NCBI GenBank assembly: GCA_026982565.1
Contig: JALSGV010000042.1
Coordinates: forward strand, 11,956-75,955
Direction of reading: 5' to 3'
DNA: 64,000 nt
Origin: Gammaproteobacteria bacterium
GTDB taxonomy: Bacteria > Pseudomonadota > Gammaproteobacteria > SZUA-140
A program made the position numbers and the translations under genes. The first letter of the stretch is position 1, and each line of letters begins with the position of its first letter. Below are positions 1-10,019 of this stretch, in pieces. The notes under the pieces were generated by a model. It was given only the letters and a program-made list of their open reading frames with translations. It ran no database searches and was not told the origin of the DNA.

Positions 1-1665
1 CGCAATCCGGAATACGACATCACGCGCGCCATAAAGAAAGTGTTGCTGGGCTATCAGGGGGCGGGGCAATTGTTCGATAACATTACCCGGCCCGTTGTGT
101 TCAGGGCTTATGTTTCACCGGACGACAGGCTGCCGGAGCGTCTTGTGGAGCTGAGGCAGGGGTTGCAGGAGATCCTGGACACCCTGCGCAAGGAGGCGGG
201 TGACAAGCTCCAGGTAGAGTGGTTGGATCCCGATGCCGACGGCGGTGCAGTGGCCAGGCAGATCGAGCAGGACTTCGGTTTCCGCCCCATGGCGGCGGGA
301 CTTCTCGATCCCAACACCTTCTGGTTCTACATGACCCTGGTCAGCGGTGACCAGGTGGTATCCATTCCCCTCCCCGAGTCTCTGGACAAGGCAGGTCTCA
401 AGCGTGGCATTGATGCTGGCTTGAAGCGTTTCTCGCGTGGTTTCCTCAAGACCGTGGCCCTCTATACGCCGCCGGCCAGTCCCTCCATGCCCCAGTTCGG
501 CGTGCCGGGTGGCGGCAAGCAGTTCAACTGGCTGCGTGACAAGCTGCGTGAGGAGCACAATGTGCGCATCACGGATCTGGAGAGCGGCCATGTGCCGGCA
601 GAGGCCGACCTGTTGATGGTCTTGGCGCCCGAGTCCCTGGACAAAAAGCAGGTTTTTGCAATAGACCAGTTCCTGATGGAAGGGGGAACCGTGGTTTTGG
701 CCACATCGCCGTTCGATGTGTCCATGCAAGGGGTTCTGGCGGCAAAAAGTCACGACACAGGCCTTTCCGAGTGGCTGGCGCACCATGGCCTCACCATCAA
801 GGAGACCATGGTGCTGGATCCCCAAAACAGTGCCTTCCCCATTCCCATCCAACGCAATATCGGTGGCTTCACGGTACAGGAACTGCGCATGGTGGACTAC
901 CCCTATTTCATCGATATACGCGAGGATGGGCTGGAGCGTGAAAGTGGTTTGACCGCCGGCATCGAGCAGTTGACCTTCAACTGGGCGTCGCCCGTGGTCA
1001 TCGACGTGGAGAAGAACGGCAGCCGCAAGGTGATTCCCCTGCTTTACAGCTCTTCCCGTTCATGGCTCTCCGACAGCGTCCATATCCAGCCTGATTTCCG
1101 TACCTTCGGCGCCATGGGATTCCCCGTGGGCAGCGACGCCGGGCGCCAGTTGCTGGCCGTGGTGGTGGAGGGGCATTTCGAATCCTTCTTCAAGGGGGAG
1201 GCTTCGCCTCTGCTGGAAAATAGAGGCAAGGAGGAGGATGAGGAGACGGAGCATGGAAATGGCGGCGGGGAGCAGTCTTCCACCATCATCGGGCGGGTAA
1301 TCGAGAAATCGCCCGAGTCGGGCCGCATCATTCTCTTTGCCTCCAACAGCTTTCTCAGTGACGAGGTGCTGGAGCTGGCTTCGGCCGCGCTGCGCAGCCG
1401 CTACCTCAATCCCGTTCAACTGGCCGCCAATGCCATCGATTGGTCCCTGGAAGAGCGCGGCCTGCTCAGTATCCGTGGGCGCGGGCATTTCTCCCGCACC
1501 CTGGCCCCCCTGGACCGCGACGGCCAGCGTTTCTGGGAGTATCTCAACTATGGGCTCGCCTTGTTCGGCCTGATCCTGGTGTGGCTGGTGCGCTATGTCG
1601 TGAAGCAGCACAGACAGCGTTACTTTCAGGATGTGCTGGATGGTCTGCTGGAAGGGAGGGCCTGA
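1..1665 (+). CDS. GldG-like auxiliary component of an ABC-type transport system (5' end cut by window edge)
   Basis: Frame 1 is open from base 1 (first listed start is at 40). Large soluble region followed by a C-terminal TM helix (LALFGLILVWLVRYVV). A DUF4340-type gene follows 3 nt downstream, as is usual for this family. Family call is from recollection. Confidence 0.6.
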   Translation, partial: RNPEYDITRAIKKVLLGYQGAGQLFDNITRPVVFRAYVSPDDRLPERLVELRQGLQEILDTLRKEAGDKLQVEWLDPDADGGAVARQIEQDFGFRPMAAGLLDPNTFWFYMTLVSGDQVVSIPLPESLDKAGLKRGIDAGLKRFSRGFLKTVALYTPPASPSMPQFGVPGGGKQFNWLRDKLREEHNVRITDLESGHVPAEADLLMVLAPESLDKKQVFAIDQFLMEGGTVVLATSPFDVSMQGVLAAKSHDTGLSEWLAHHGLTIKETMVLDPQNSAFPIPIQRNIGGFTVQELRMVDYPYFIDIREDGLERESGLTAGIEQLTFNWASPVVIDVEKNGSRKVIPLLYSSSRSWLSDSVHIQPDFRTFGAMGFPVGSDAGRQLLAVVVEGHFESFFKGEASPLLENRGKEEDEETEHGNGGGEQSSTIIGRVIEKSPESGRIILFASNSFLSDEVLELASAALRSRYLNPVQLAANAIDWSLEERGLLSIRGRGHFSRTLAPLDRDGQRFWEYLNYGLALFGLILVWLVRYVVKQHRQRYFQDVLDGLLEGRA

Positions 1666-1668
1666 TCG

Positions 1669-2643
1669 ATGAAAAAATGGATCGTCATTTTCAGCCTGCT
1701 GCTGGTGGTGCAGATTGGTCTGGCAGCAATGCTCAATCTGAGCCAGGAGCAGTATGCCGCCTTCGAACCGCAGGAGAAACTATTGTCCTTCGAGCCGGCG
1801 CTGGTGACCGGAGTGCGCATCGAGACCATGGACAAGGCCGTCGAACTGAAGAAGACGGAGGGAAAGTGGCGCCTGCCGCGGCTTGACAATTTTTCCGCCG
1901 ATCAGAACAAGGTTGGGAAATTGCTGGAGAAACTGGCGAAGCTGGAAAAGGGATGGCCGGTGGCGACCACCGCTGGCGCCGTGCGTCGCTTCAAAGTGGC
2001 GGCGGAGGATTTCGAGCGCCGTATCACGCTTTTCAAGGATGGGAATGAAGTCGCCCTAGTATATTTCGGCACTTCGCCCGGTTTCCGCAAGGTGCATGCG
2101 CGGGGCGCGGACGATAATGTCATCGTCGCCGTGCCCTTCTCCCTGTTCGAGGCCGATGTGAAACCGGATGACTGGATCGACAGGAATGTGCTCGAAGTGC
2201 CCGTGGCGGACCTCACCCGCGTCGAGATGCCTGAGTATACCCTGTTGTTCGAAGACGGCGCCTGGCGCCTGGCTGATCTCAAGGAAGGAGAGTCGATGCG
2301 GGAGAAGGAGGCCGATGACCTGGTCGGCAGGCTGGCCGCGCTGCAGATCGACGGTGTGCTGGCGGAGGACACCGAAGTGGAGAAAGACACGGAGGGAAAA
2401 GCGCTGTCTTTTACACTGGCGCCTGAGGCGGGTGATACACTGCGTTATGAGTTGACGCCTCTCAAGGGAGGGCAGTACCTGCTCACCCGCTCGGATCGCA
2501 AGGAGCGCTTCAAGGTGGCGGGGTGGCGCATCTCGCCCATCGAGGAGGCGTCCCGGGACAAGCTGGTGCAGGTCGCGAAGCCTGAGACGGATGAAAGCGC
2601 TTCTTCCTCCATGCCTGATCGCCAGGAGGTTGACGGCGGGTAG
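1669..2643 (+). CDS. DUF4340-like protein with N-terminal membrane anchor
   Basis: 324 aa with an N-terminal TM/signal segment (KKWIVIFSLLLVVQIGLAAML). Tightly coupled to the GldG-like gene upstream. Confidence 0.5.
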   Translation: MKKWIVIFSLLLVVQIGLAAMLNLSQEQYAAFEPQEKLLSFEPALVTGVRIETMDKAVELKKTEGKWRLPRLDNFSADQNKVGKLLEKLAKLEKGWPVATTAGAVRRFKVAAEDFERRITLFKDGNEVALVYFGTSPGFRKVHARGADDNVIVAVPFSLFEADVKPDDWIDRNVLEVPVADLTRVEMPEYTLLFEDGAWRLADLKEGESMREKEADDLVGRLAALQIDGVLAEDTEVEKDTEGKALSFTLAPEAGDTLRYELTPLKGGQYLLTRSDRKERFKVAGWRISPIEEASRDKLVQVAKPETDESASSSMPDRQEVDGG

Positions 2644-2695
2644 ACGGCGAGCTGAGGGCTGATCGGTTTTCAGTAACACCACAAGGAATGCGGGC

Positions 2696-4075
2696 ATGAA
2701 TGTGAAAAAGACAAAAATTTCGTTGCTGCTGATGATCATGGCCGTATTCCTGGCCTGGTCGCAGGGGGCGGTGGCTGCCCTGCCCCTGATGACGGACGGC
2801 GATGGCCGGCCGACCCTGGCCCCCATGCTCAAGCAGGTGACGCCGGCGGTGGTGAACATCTCCACCCGCTCCCATGTGCGCATCCAGCAGAATCCGCTGT
2901 TCAACGATCCGTTTTTCCGGCGTTTTTTCAACATTCCCGATGTGCCCCGGGAGCAGGAACGGCAATCCCTGGGTTCCGGGGTGATCGTCGATGCGCGGCG
3001 GGGCTACATCCTGACCAACAACCATGTGATACGCGATGCGGACGAGATCACCGTGACCCTGCACGACAAGCGCCAGTTCGAGGCCAGGGTGGTGGGCAAG
3101 GACCCCGCCACTGACCTGGCCGTGATCCGTATCGACGCCAAGGATTTACGGGAACTCGAGATGGCCGATTCCGATACCCTTGAGGTGGGGGATTTCGTGG
3201 TCGCCATCGGGAATCCCTTTGGCCTTGAACAGACCGTCACCTCCGGTATTGTCAGCGCCCTGGGACGCTCCGGCCTGGGCATCGAGGGTTATGAGAATTT
3301 CATCCAGACCGATGCCTCCATCAACCCCGGCAATTCCGGCGGCGCCCTGGTGGACCTGGACGGCAAACTGGTGGGGATCAACACGGCCATCGTCGGTCCC
3401 AGCGGCGGTAACGTGGGTATCGGTTTCGCCATTCCCAGCAATATGGCGCGCAGCATCATGGATCAGCTGATCGAGTACGGTGAAGTCCGTCGTGGCCAGC
3501 TCGGCGTGATGGTCCAGGACATTACGCCTGCCCTGGCCCAGGCCCTCAATATCGACTACGGTAATGGCGCCGTCGTCACCCAGGTGGTGGAAGGGTCCGC
3601 CGCCGACAAGGCCGGGCTGAAGGTGGGTGATGTGGTCGTCGCCATCAACGGCAAGGCCGTACACAGCGCGGCGCAGCTGCGAAATGCGGTGGGCCTGATG
3701 AGAGTGGGGGAAAAAGTCACGCTGGAGGTCATCCGTGATGGGCGCCAGCGCACCGTCAAGGCCCCGATCGCCGAGCCGCAGCGTACCAGTGCGGAAGCGG
3801 CCGGGCTTTCCAAGCTGCTCTCGGGCGCCATGCTGGGCATGATTGAGCCGGATCACCCCCTGGCAGGCAAGGTGGAGGGCGTCGAGGTCATCGATGTGAA
3901 GCGCGGCAGCCCCGCCGCGCGGGCGGGGCTGCGTCCGGGCGATATTATCGTCTCCGTGAACCGCCAGCCGGTAAAGACGGTCGAGGATGTGCGCCGCGCC
4001 GCCAGGAAAGGCGGACGTGGCATCCTGCTCAATATACGCCGCGGTAACAGTGCGCTCTTTTTAGTGATACAGTAG
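2696..4075 (+). CDS. periplasmic serine endoprotease, DegP/DegQ/MucD (HtrA) family
   Basis: Signal peptide; trypsin-like catalytic motifs (TNNHV, GNSGGAL); two C-terminal PDZ-like segments. Confidence 0.9.
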   Translation: MNVKKTKISLLLMIMAVFLAWSQGAVAALPLMTDGDGRPTLAPMLKQVTPAVVNISTRSHVRIQQNPLFNDPFFRRFFNIPDVPREQERQSLGSGVIVDARRGYILTNNHVIRDADEITVTLHDKRQFEARVVGKDPATDLAVIRIDAKDLRELEMADSDTLEVGDFVVAIGNPFGLEQTVTSGIVSALGRSGLGIEGYENFIQTDASINPGNSGGALVDLDGKLVGINTAIVGPSGGNVGIGFAIPSNMARSIMDQLIEYGEVRRGQLGVMVQDITPALAQALNIDYGNGAVVTQVVEGSAADKAGLKVGDVVVAINGKAVHSAAQLRNAVGLMRVGEKVTLEVIRDGRQRTVKAPIAEPQRTSAEAAGLSKLLSGAMLGMIEPDHPLAGKVEGVEVIDVKRGSPAARAGLRPGDIIVSVNRQPVKTVEDVRRAARKGGRGILLNIRRGNSALFLVIQ

Positions 4076-4104
4076 GGCTGGGTGCGTTCGACAAAGGAGA
4101 GGCG

Positions 4105-6042
4105 GTGGCGATGAAAAAATCGGATTTTGACAAGCCATCCAGGGATCCCGAGATCGACATCAACAAGCCCAGTGACTTCAAGCCCGGGCAGGGCTTCTGG
4201 CAGAGGCCCGGCCCGGTGATGTGGATCTACCTGGTTTTCATCCTCATCTCTCTCTATACCTGGCGCGGAGTCGAACACAGCCAGCAGATGGAGATTCCCT
4301 ATAGTGAATTTCTGCAATTGGTGGACAAGGGCCAGGTGACCGAGGCGGTCGTCACCGAGCGCACCATCACCGGCTCCCTGAAAGAGACCGATCCCCAGAC
4401 CGGCCAGCCGCGCCATTTCATTACCGTGCCTTTGTGGAACAATGAGCTGGCCAAGGAGCTGGAGGAGAAGGGGGTCAAGTATACCGTCCGCCAGAGCAAC
4501 AACTGGTTGAGTAATTTCATCTTCGGCTGGGTGCTGCCCTTTGGCCTGTTGTTCCTGTTGTGGGGTTGGCTGGGCCGGCGCATGGGGACGGCAGGCAAGG
4601 GTTTTCTCAACATCGGTAACCGCATCCGCATTCATGCCGAGGGCGATGTCAAGGTGACCTTCAAGGATGTGGCGGGCGCCGAAGAGGCCAAGACGGAACT
4701 CAGCGAGACCATTGCCTTTCTCAAGGACCCCTCCGTCATCCAGAAACTCGGGGGACATGCCCCCAAGGGGGTTCTGCTGGCGGGCCCGCCCGGTACGGGC
4801 AAGACCTTGCTGGCCCGCGCCGTGGCGGGAGAGGCCCACGTTCCCTTCTTCAATATCAGCGGTTCCGAATTCATAGAGATGTTCGTGGGGGTGGGCGCGG
4901 CCCGGGTGCGCGAGCTGTTCGAGCAGGCGCGGCAGAAGGCGCCCTGCATCGTCTTCATCGATGAGCTGGATGCCATTGGCGCCGCGCGCGGTATCTCACC
5001 GATGGGCGGCGGCGGGCATGACGAACGTGAGCAGACCCTCAACCAGCTGCTCACGGAGATGGATGGTTTCGACCCCTCCGTGGGCGTGGTGGTGATGGCC
5101 GCCACCAACCGCCCGGAGATCCTCGACAAGGCCCTGTTGCGCGCCGGGCGCTTCGACCGTCAAATCATCGTGGACAAGCCTGATCTGGAGGCGCGTGTCG
5201 CCATTCTCGGTATTCACACCCGCAATATGAAGCTGGCCGACGATGTCGACCTGCAAGTGGTGGCGCAGCGCACGCCCGGTTTCGTGGGCGCCGATCTGGC
5301 CAATATCGCCAATGAAGCGGCCATACTCGCCGTACGCCACGGGCATGACGCCGTCACCATGGCCGATTTCGAGGCGGCCATCGATCGCGTGATCGCCGGC
5401 CCCGAAAAGAAAAACCGCGCACTCAATGCCGCCGAGAAGCGCCGCGTGGCCTTCCATGAGTCGGGTCATACCCTGGTGGCCGAGAGCGTGCCTACGGGTG
5501 AGCCGGTGCACAAGGTGTCCATCATCCCGCGCGGCGTGGCGGCCCTGGGTTATACCCTGCAACTGCCTGTGGAAGAGAAGTTCCTGTCGACGGAGCATGA
5601 ACTGAAGGACCAGATCGCCATTCTCCTCGGAGGGCGGGTGGCCGAGGAGATCGTATTTGGCGATGTCTCCAGCGGTGCGGCCAACGACCTGGAGCGGGCC
5701 ACGGAGATCGCCCGCGGCATGGTGACCCAGCTGGGCATGAGCGGCAAGCTGGGTCCCCTCACCTGGGGTCGCCGGCAGCAATTGCGCTTTCTGGAGCAGA
5801 CGGCGGAGGAACGCAACTACAGCGAGGAGACCGCGCGCCTCATCGATGCCGAGGTGCGCGCCCTGGTTGAGGAAGGACGGCAGCGCGCGATGGGGATTCT
5901 CAGCGCCAACCGCAAGGTGCTGGATGCCCTGGCGGCCACCCTGGAGGAGAAGGAAGTGCTCAGCGGCGAAGAGGTCGAGGCTGTCATGGAAAAGCAGGGC
6001 GGCCTGGTGAAGATCCACGAAAAGCAGGCGGGTAAGGCATGA
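4105..6042 (+). CDS. ftsH: ATP-dependent zinc metalloprotease FtsH (paralog-type context)
   Basis: Two N-terminal TM helices, Walker A GPPGTGKT, Walker B IVFIDELD, zinc motif HESGH. Confidence 0.9.
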   Translation: MAMKKSDFDKPSRDPEIDINKPSDFKPGQGFWQRPGPVMWIYLVFILISLYTWRGVEHSQQMEIPYSEFLQLVDKGQVTEAVVTERTITGSLKETDPQTGQPRHFITVPLWNNELAKELEEKGVKYTVRQSNNWLSNFIFGWVLPFGLLFLLWGWLGRRMGTAGKGFLNIGNRIRIHAEGDVKVTFKDVAGAEEAKTELSETIAFLKDPSVIQKLGGHAPKGVLLAGPPGTGKTLLARAVAGEAHVPFFNISGSEFIEMFVGVGAARVRELFEQARQKAPCIVFIDELDAIGAARGISPMGGGGHDEREQTLNQLLTEMDGFDPSVGVVVMAATNRPEILDKALLRAGRFDRQIIVDKPDLEARVAILGIHTRNMKLADDVDLQVVAQRTPGFVGADLANIANEAAILAVRHGHDAVTMADFEAAIDRVIAGPEKKNRALNAAEKRRVAFHESGHTLVAESVPTGEPVHKVSIIPRGVAALGYTLQLPVEEKFLSTEHELKDQIAILLGGRVAEEIVFGDVSSGAANDLERATEIARGMVTQLGMSGKLGPLTWGRRQQLRFLEQTAEERNYSEETARLIDAEVRALVEEGRQRAMGILSANRKVLDALAATLEEKEVLSGEEVEAVMEKQGGLVKIHEKQAGKA

Positions 6043-6776
6043 AGCCGGATTCGCCCTTCTTCGGGGAGGCGCTGCGCTGCCTCCAGGGCTCGCCACTTTT
6101 CGCCAACATGGACGACGCGCTGTTGATGGACATGATCGGGCGCTGCCGCCGCGAGACCTGGAAGCGCCGCCGCCTGCTGCCCATGGAGGAGACCTGGCAA
6201 CGCTTCCATATCCTGCTGTCGGGAAGGGTGCGCCTGAGCCGCAGCAATGTGGAGACGGGGCGGGTCATCACCCTGTTCCTGCTGGGCCCCGGCGATGCCT
6301 TCTGCATGTTCAGCCTCCTGGACGGCAAGCCCCATGATGTCATGCTGGAGACTCTGGACGATGTGTCGCTGCTCAGTTTGCCCATGGCGGAGGCCCGCCA
6401 GTGGGTACATGATCACCCCGAGTTCAACCGCGCCCTGTTGCCCTACCTGGGTGAACAGATGGCCAGCCTCGCCGGCCTGGCGGCGGATCTCGCCCTCCAT
6501 GATACGGAGGCGCGCCTGGCGCGTCTCATCCTGCGTCACGTGGATAGCACCGCAGCGGAAGCGCACATCACCCCCAGGCTGATCAATGACCTCTCCCACG
6601 AGTCCCTGGCCGACATGATCGGCAGTGTGCGGGTGGTGGTCAACCGCCAGCTCCAGCATTGGAAGCAGGAAGGCATCGTCGATGCACACCGGGGGCACCT
6701 GGAGGTGGAGGCCCTGCAGGAACTGGCGAAACGGGCCGCCGAGCTGCCCAGCAATCCACCCTCGACGGCGCATTGA
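6039..6776 (+). CDS. Crp/Fnr family transcriptional regulator
   Basis: 245 aa with an N-terminal cNMP-binding-like fold and a C-terminal HTH (SHESLADMIGSVRVVVNRQLQHW). The ATG overlaps the ftsH stop (ATGA at 6039-6042). Confidence 0.7.
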   Translation: MKPDSPFFGEALRCLQGSPLFANMDDALLMDMIGRCRRETWKRRRLLPMEETWQRFHILLSGRVRLSRSNVETGRVITLFLLGPGDAFCMFSLLDGKPHDVMLETLDDVSLLSLPMAEARQWVHDHPEFNRALLPYLGEQMASLAGLAADLALHDTEARLARLILRHVDSTAAEAHITPRLINDLSHESLADMIGSVRVVVNRQLQHWKQEGIVDAHRGHLEVEALQELAKRAAELPSNPPSTAH

Positions 6777-6890
6777 GCGCTCCAGCCTTTCCGCCCTTCC
6801 CTTCACCGCTTCAGGTGTAACCCAGGTTGCAGATCTGTTCCGAAAGGTACGGTTATATTGAAAAATATAGCCGAGCGGAAAAGTAGAGAG

Positions 6891-7394
6891 ATGGCCAATG
6901 AGAATTGCTGCATCGCCGTATACGATGGCCTGGACAGGGTAATGGCGGCCGCTCAGGCTTTGCAGGGCGGCATCAATAATGTTTCAGTGGTGTCCTGCTG
7001 TTCAGGGGAAAGTGGCGGCGTGGGTTATTTCTGCGCCCATGGGCGCCATGTTTTTCGTGGTGAGACGGCGGAATTCTGGAATGCCGTGTGCGGGCGCGAC
7101 CGTGCAACGGCCGTGCTATGGATGGCCACTTTGGGAATGATCATTATCGTGGGTCCTTTCGCAGGGGTTTTCCTCACAGTCATGGAGGAGGGGCAGGCAT
7201 CACCTCCGCCCAGCCCTTTGGGTGAAGCGCTCCATCGTATCAATGTCCCGCGGGACAGTATTGTGCACTATGAAGCCGCCTTGCAAAGCGCCCATTCCCT
7301 GTTGGTGGCCCTGGGCAGTGAGGACGAAGTCGCGCAGGCTCATGAGCTGCTGGCGGAGGGGAGCGCCAGAGACATGGCCATACATCTGGGATAA
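6891..7394 (+). CDS. small membrane protein with YflT/DUF1269-like stress-protein-type soluble domains (tentative)
   Basis: The ORF is listed from TTG 6858; ATG 6891 (MANENCCIAVYDG) is more plausible. Central TM segment (VLWMATLGMIIIVGPFAGVFLTVM). The stop lies 7 nt before the ATPase start. Confidence 0.35.
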   Translation: MANENCCIAVYDGLDRVMAAAQALQGGINNVSVVSCCSGESGGVGYFCAHGRHVFRGETAEFWNAVCGRDRATAVLWMATLGMIIIVGPFAGVFLTVMEEGQASPPPSPLGEALHRINVPRDSIVHYEAALQSAHSLLVALGSEDEVAQAHELLAEGSARDMAIHLG

Positions 7395-7401
7395 ATCGGG
7401 T

Positions 7402-10011
7402 ATGCAACCCATGCACAAGACAAGCGATGAATTTGCACGGCAGCCTCTCGCCACGACCATCGAGATGCTGGGCGTGGATGTCCGGCGGGGGCTGAGCAAG
7501 GACGAGGTGGCGCGGCGCCAGGCGCGGTTTGGCTACAATGAGTTAAAAGAACAGGAAGAGCCCTTATGGCACCGGATCCTGCGCCGTTTCTGGGGGCCCA
7601 TTCCCTGGATGATCGAGGTGGCCGCGCTGCTTTCGGCCATCGTGGGGAAATGGGAGGATTTCATCATCATCACCATCATGCTGCTGGTCAATGCAGGGCT
7701 GGACTTCATGCAGGAACGCCGCGCCTTGAATGCGCTCAAGGCCCTGAAGCAGCGTCTTGCCAAGACAGCCACGGTGTTGCGCGATGGGGGCTTTCAGCAT
7801 GTTCCCGTGCGTGAATTGGTGCCGGGAGACGTCGTCAAGCTCAAGATTGGTGACGTGCTGCCGGCGGATGTGCAGCTGCTGGAAGGGGATTACCTCCTGG
7901 TGGACCAGTCGGCCCTCACGGGCGAGTCGCTTCCCGCCAGCAAGCGGGCCGGGGAGGTGGCCTACGCCAATACCGTCGTCAAGCAAGGCGAGATGCTGGC
8001 CCTGGTGGTCAACACCGGTATGCGCACCAACTTTTCCACGGTGGTGTTTCTCGTCGCCCGGGCCCAGCTGGAAGAGCGCAGCCATTTCCAGAAGATGGTC
8101 ATGCAGATCGGTAATTTCCTCATCTTGATCACCCTGGCCCTGGTCTTGCTCATCGTCATGGTGGCCCTGTTCCGCCACGAACCCTTTCTCGAGATCGCCC
8201 GTTTTGCCCTGGTGCTGACCGTGGCGGCCATACCCGTGGCCCTGCCGGCCGTGTTGTCCGTGACCATGGCCGTGGGCGCGGTCAATCTGGCGCGCCGCCA
8301 GGCCATCGTGTCGAAACTGACGGCCATAGAGGAGCTGGCGGGCGTGGATGTTTTCTGCTCCGACAAGACCGGCACCCTCACCCGCAACGAGATGCGGGTC
8401 TCGGAACCCGTCCTGCTGAATGGATTCAGCGAAAGAGACCTGTTTCTGGCCGCCGCCCTGGCCTCGAAGCCCGAGAACAACGATCCCATCGAACAGCCCA
8501 TTTTCCACTATATCGATGAGCACATGCCTGATCTCGAGTGGAACGCCTATCGGCAGCTTACTTTCGTTCCCTTCGACCCGGTGCGCAAGCGCACCGAGGC
8601 CGAGCTTGAGCGTGATGGTAAACGTTTTGTGGCGGTCAAGGGGGCGGCCCAGGTGTTGATGGATATGGCGGATCTGGATGAGTCCACGGCCCAGGACCTC
8701 GGCAGTACCGTGGACCTCCTGGCGGCCAAGGGATACCGCACCCTGATGGTGGGCCGCAAGGAAGGCGATCGGCCCCTGCAATTGATAGGGCTGATCCCTT
8801 TGCATGATCCGCCACGGGAGGATTCGCGGCAGGTCATTGCCGAGATGCGCGACTTCGGCGTACAGGTCAAAATGGTGACCGGCGACAATGTCGCCATTGC
8901 CAGGGAAGTGGGGCGTCTGCTCGATCTGGAACAACGCACCATCAGTTCCGCCCAGCTCACGGGATCGGGCGCCAACGAGCTGCTGGGCCTGGTGGAGGTC
9001 CTGACCACGGCCATCTACCGGCGGCTCGAGGGCGTGCCCCTCAAGGAGGCGCGGCGTTTTGCCGCCGAGGTCATGGAGCAGGTGCGTGAACTCTACGATA
9101 CCCGGCTCCTGGAGCGCGAGTTCATCCACAGCCATGAGTCTGCCATCATCGAGATGATAGAGGAGGTGGATATCTTTGCCGAGGTGGTGCCCGAGGACAA
9201 ATACCGCATCGTCGATACCCTGCAGAAGGGCGGCCACATCGTGGCCATGACCGGCGACGGTGTCAACGATGCGCCGGCCCTGAAGAAGGCCGACTGCGGA
9301 TTTGCGGTGGCCAACGCCACGGACGCGGCCCGCGCGGCGGCCGATGTGATTCTCACCGCGCCGGGTCTATCTGTCATCAATGACGCCCTGCGCCAGGCGC
9401 GCATCACCTTTGCGCGCATGAAGAGCTATGCCACTTTCCGCATCGCCGAAACCATTCGCATCATTCTCTTCATGACCCTGTCCATCGTGATTTTCGACTT
9501 CTATCCCATTACGGCGCTGATGATCATCCTGCTCGCCCTGCTGAACGATATTCCCATCCTGGCCATCGCCTATGACAATACCCGTGTGCACAAGATGCCG
9601 GTGCGCTGGAACATGACGGAGTTGCTCACCGTTTCCACGGTGCTGGGTATTACGGGAGTGGTCTCGTCTTTCGTGCTGTTCTTCATCCTGCAGGAGCAGG
9701 GGGTGTCCGAAGAATTGATTCGCTCTCTGCTCTTTCTCAAGCTCATCGTCGCCGGTCACAGCACCCTCTATATCACCCGCTCCGAGGGGTGGTTCTGGCA
9801 GCGGCCCTGGCCGTCGCCCCTCCTGTTCGGGGCCACCTTCGGCACGGAAATCGCGGGCACCCTGATCGCGGTGTATGGTTTCATGATCACCCCCATCGGC
9901 TGGGAGTACGCCCTGTGGATCTGGCTCTACGCCCTGGTATGGTTCGTCATCAACGATGCGGTGAAGATGTGGGTCTACCGGATATTGCGGCGGCGCATGG
10001 TGTTTGCCTGA
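7402..10011 (+). CDS. P-type ATPase, plasma-membrane H+-ATPase-like (type III)
   Basis: Motifs CSDKTGTLT, LIPLHDPPREDS and MTGDGVNDAPALKKAD, with 10 TM-like segments. The listed ORF starts at 7222 and overlaps the upstream gene, so ATG 7402 (MQPMHKTSDE) is chosen. Confidence 0.85.
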   Translation: MQPMHKTSDEFARQPLATTIEMLGVDVRRGLSKDEVARRQARFGYNELKEQEEPLWHRILRRFWGPIPWMIEVAALLSAIVGKWEDFIIITIMLLVNAGLDFMQERRALNALKALKQRLAKTATVLRDGGFQHVPVRELVPGDVVKLKIGDVLPADVQLLEGDYLLVDQSALTGESLPASKRAGEVAYANTVVKQGEMLALVVNTGMRTNFSTVVFLVARAQLEERSHFQKMVMQIGNFLILITLALVLLIVMVALFRHEPFLEIARFALVLTVAAIPVALPAVLSVTMAVGAVNLARRQAIVSKLTAIEELAGVDVFCSDKTGTLTRNEMRVSEPVLLNGFSERDLFLAAALASKPENNDPIEQPIFHYIDEHMPDLEWNAYRQLTFVPFDPVRKRTEAELERDGKRFVAVKGAAQVLMDMADLDESTAQDLGSTVDLLAAKGYRTLMVGRKEGDRPLQLIGLIPLHDPPREDSRQVIAEMRDFGVQVKMVTGDNVAIAREVGRLLDLEQRTISSAQLTGSGANELLGLVEVLTTAIYRRLEGVPLKEARRFAAEVMEQVRELYDTRLLEREFIHSHESAIIEMIEEVDIFAEVVPEDKYRIVDTLQKGGHIVAMTGDGVNDAPALKKADCGFAVANATDAARAAADVILTAPGLSVINDALRQARITFARMKSYATFRIAETIRIILFMTLSIVIFDFYPITALMIILLALLNDIPILAIAYDNTRVHKMPVRWNMTELLTVSTVLGITGVVSSFVLFFILQEQGVSEELIRSLLFLKLIVAGHSTLYITRSEGWFWQRPWPSPLLFGATFGTEIAGTLIAVYGFMITPIGWEYALWIWLYALVWFVINDAVKMWVYRILRRRMVFA

Positions 10012-10019
10012 GGTGGTGT

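Noticed and set aside
7564-9237. Very long antisense ORFs opposite real genes (for example 7564..9237, 16998..18017, 20104..21330, 31924..33105, 43521..43976).
   Set aside because: The opposite strand encodes proteins with unambiguous family motifs in each case. The antisense translations are low-complexity and rich in Arg, Gly, Ala, His and Gln.
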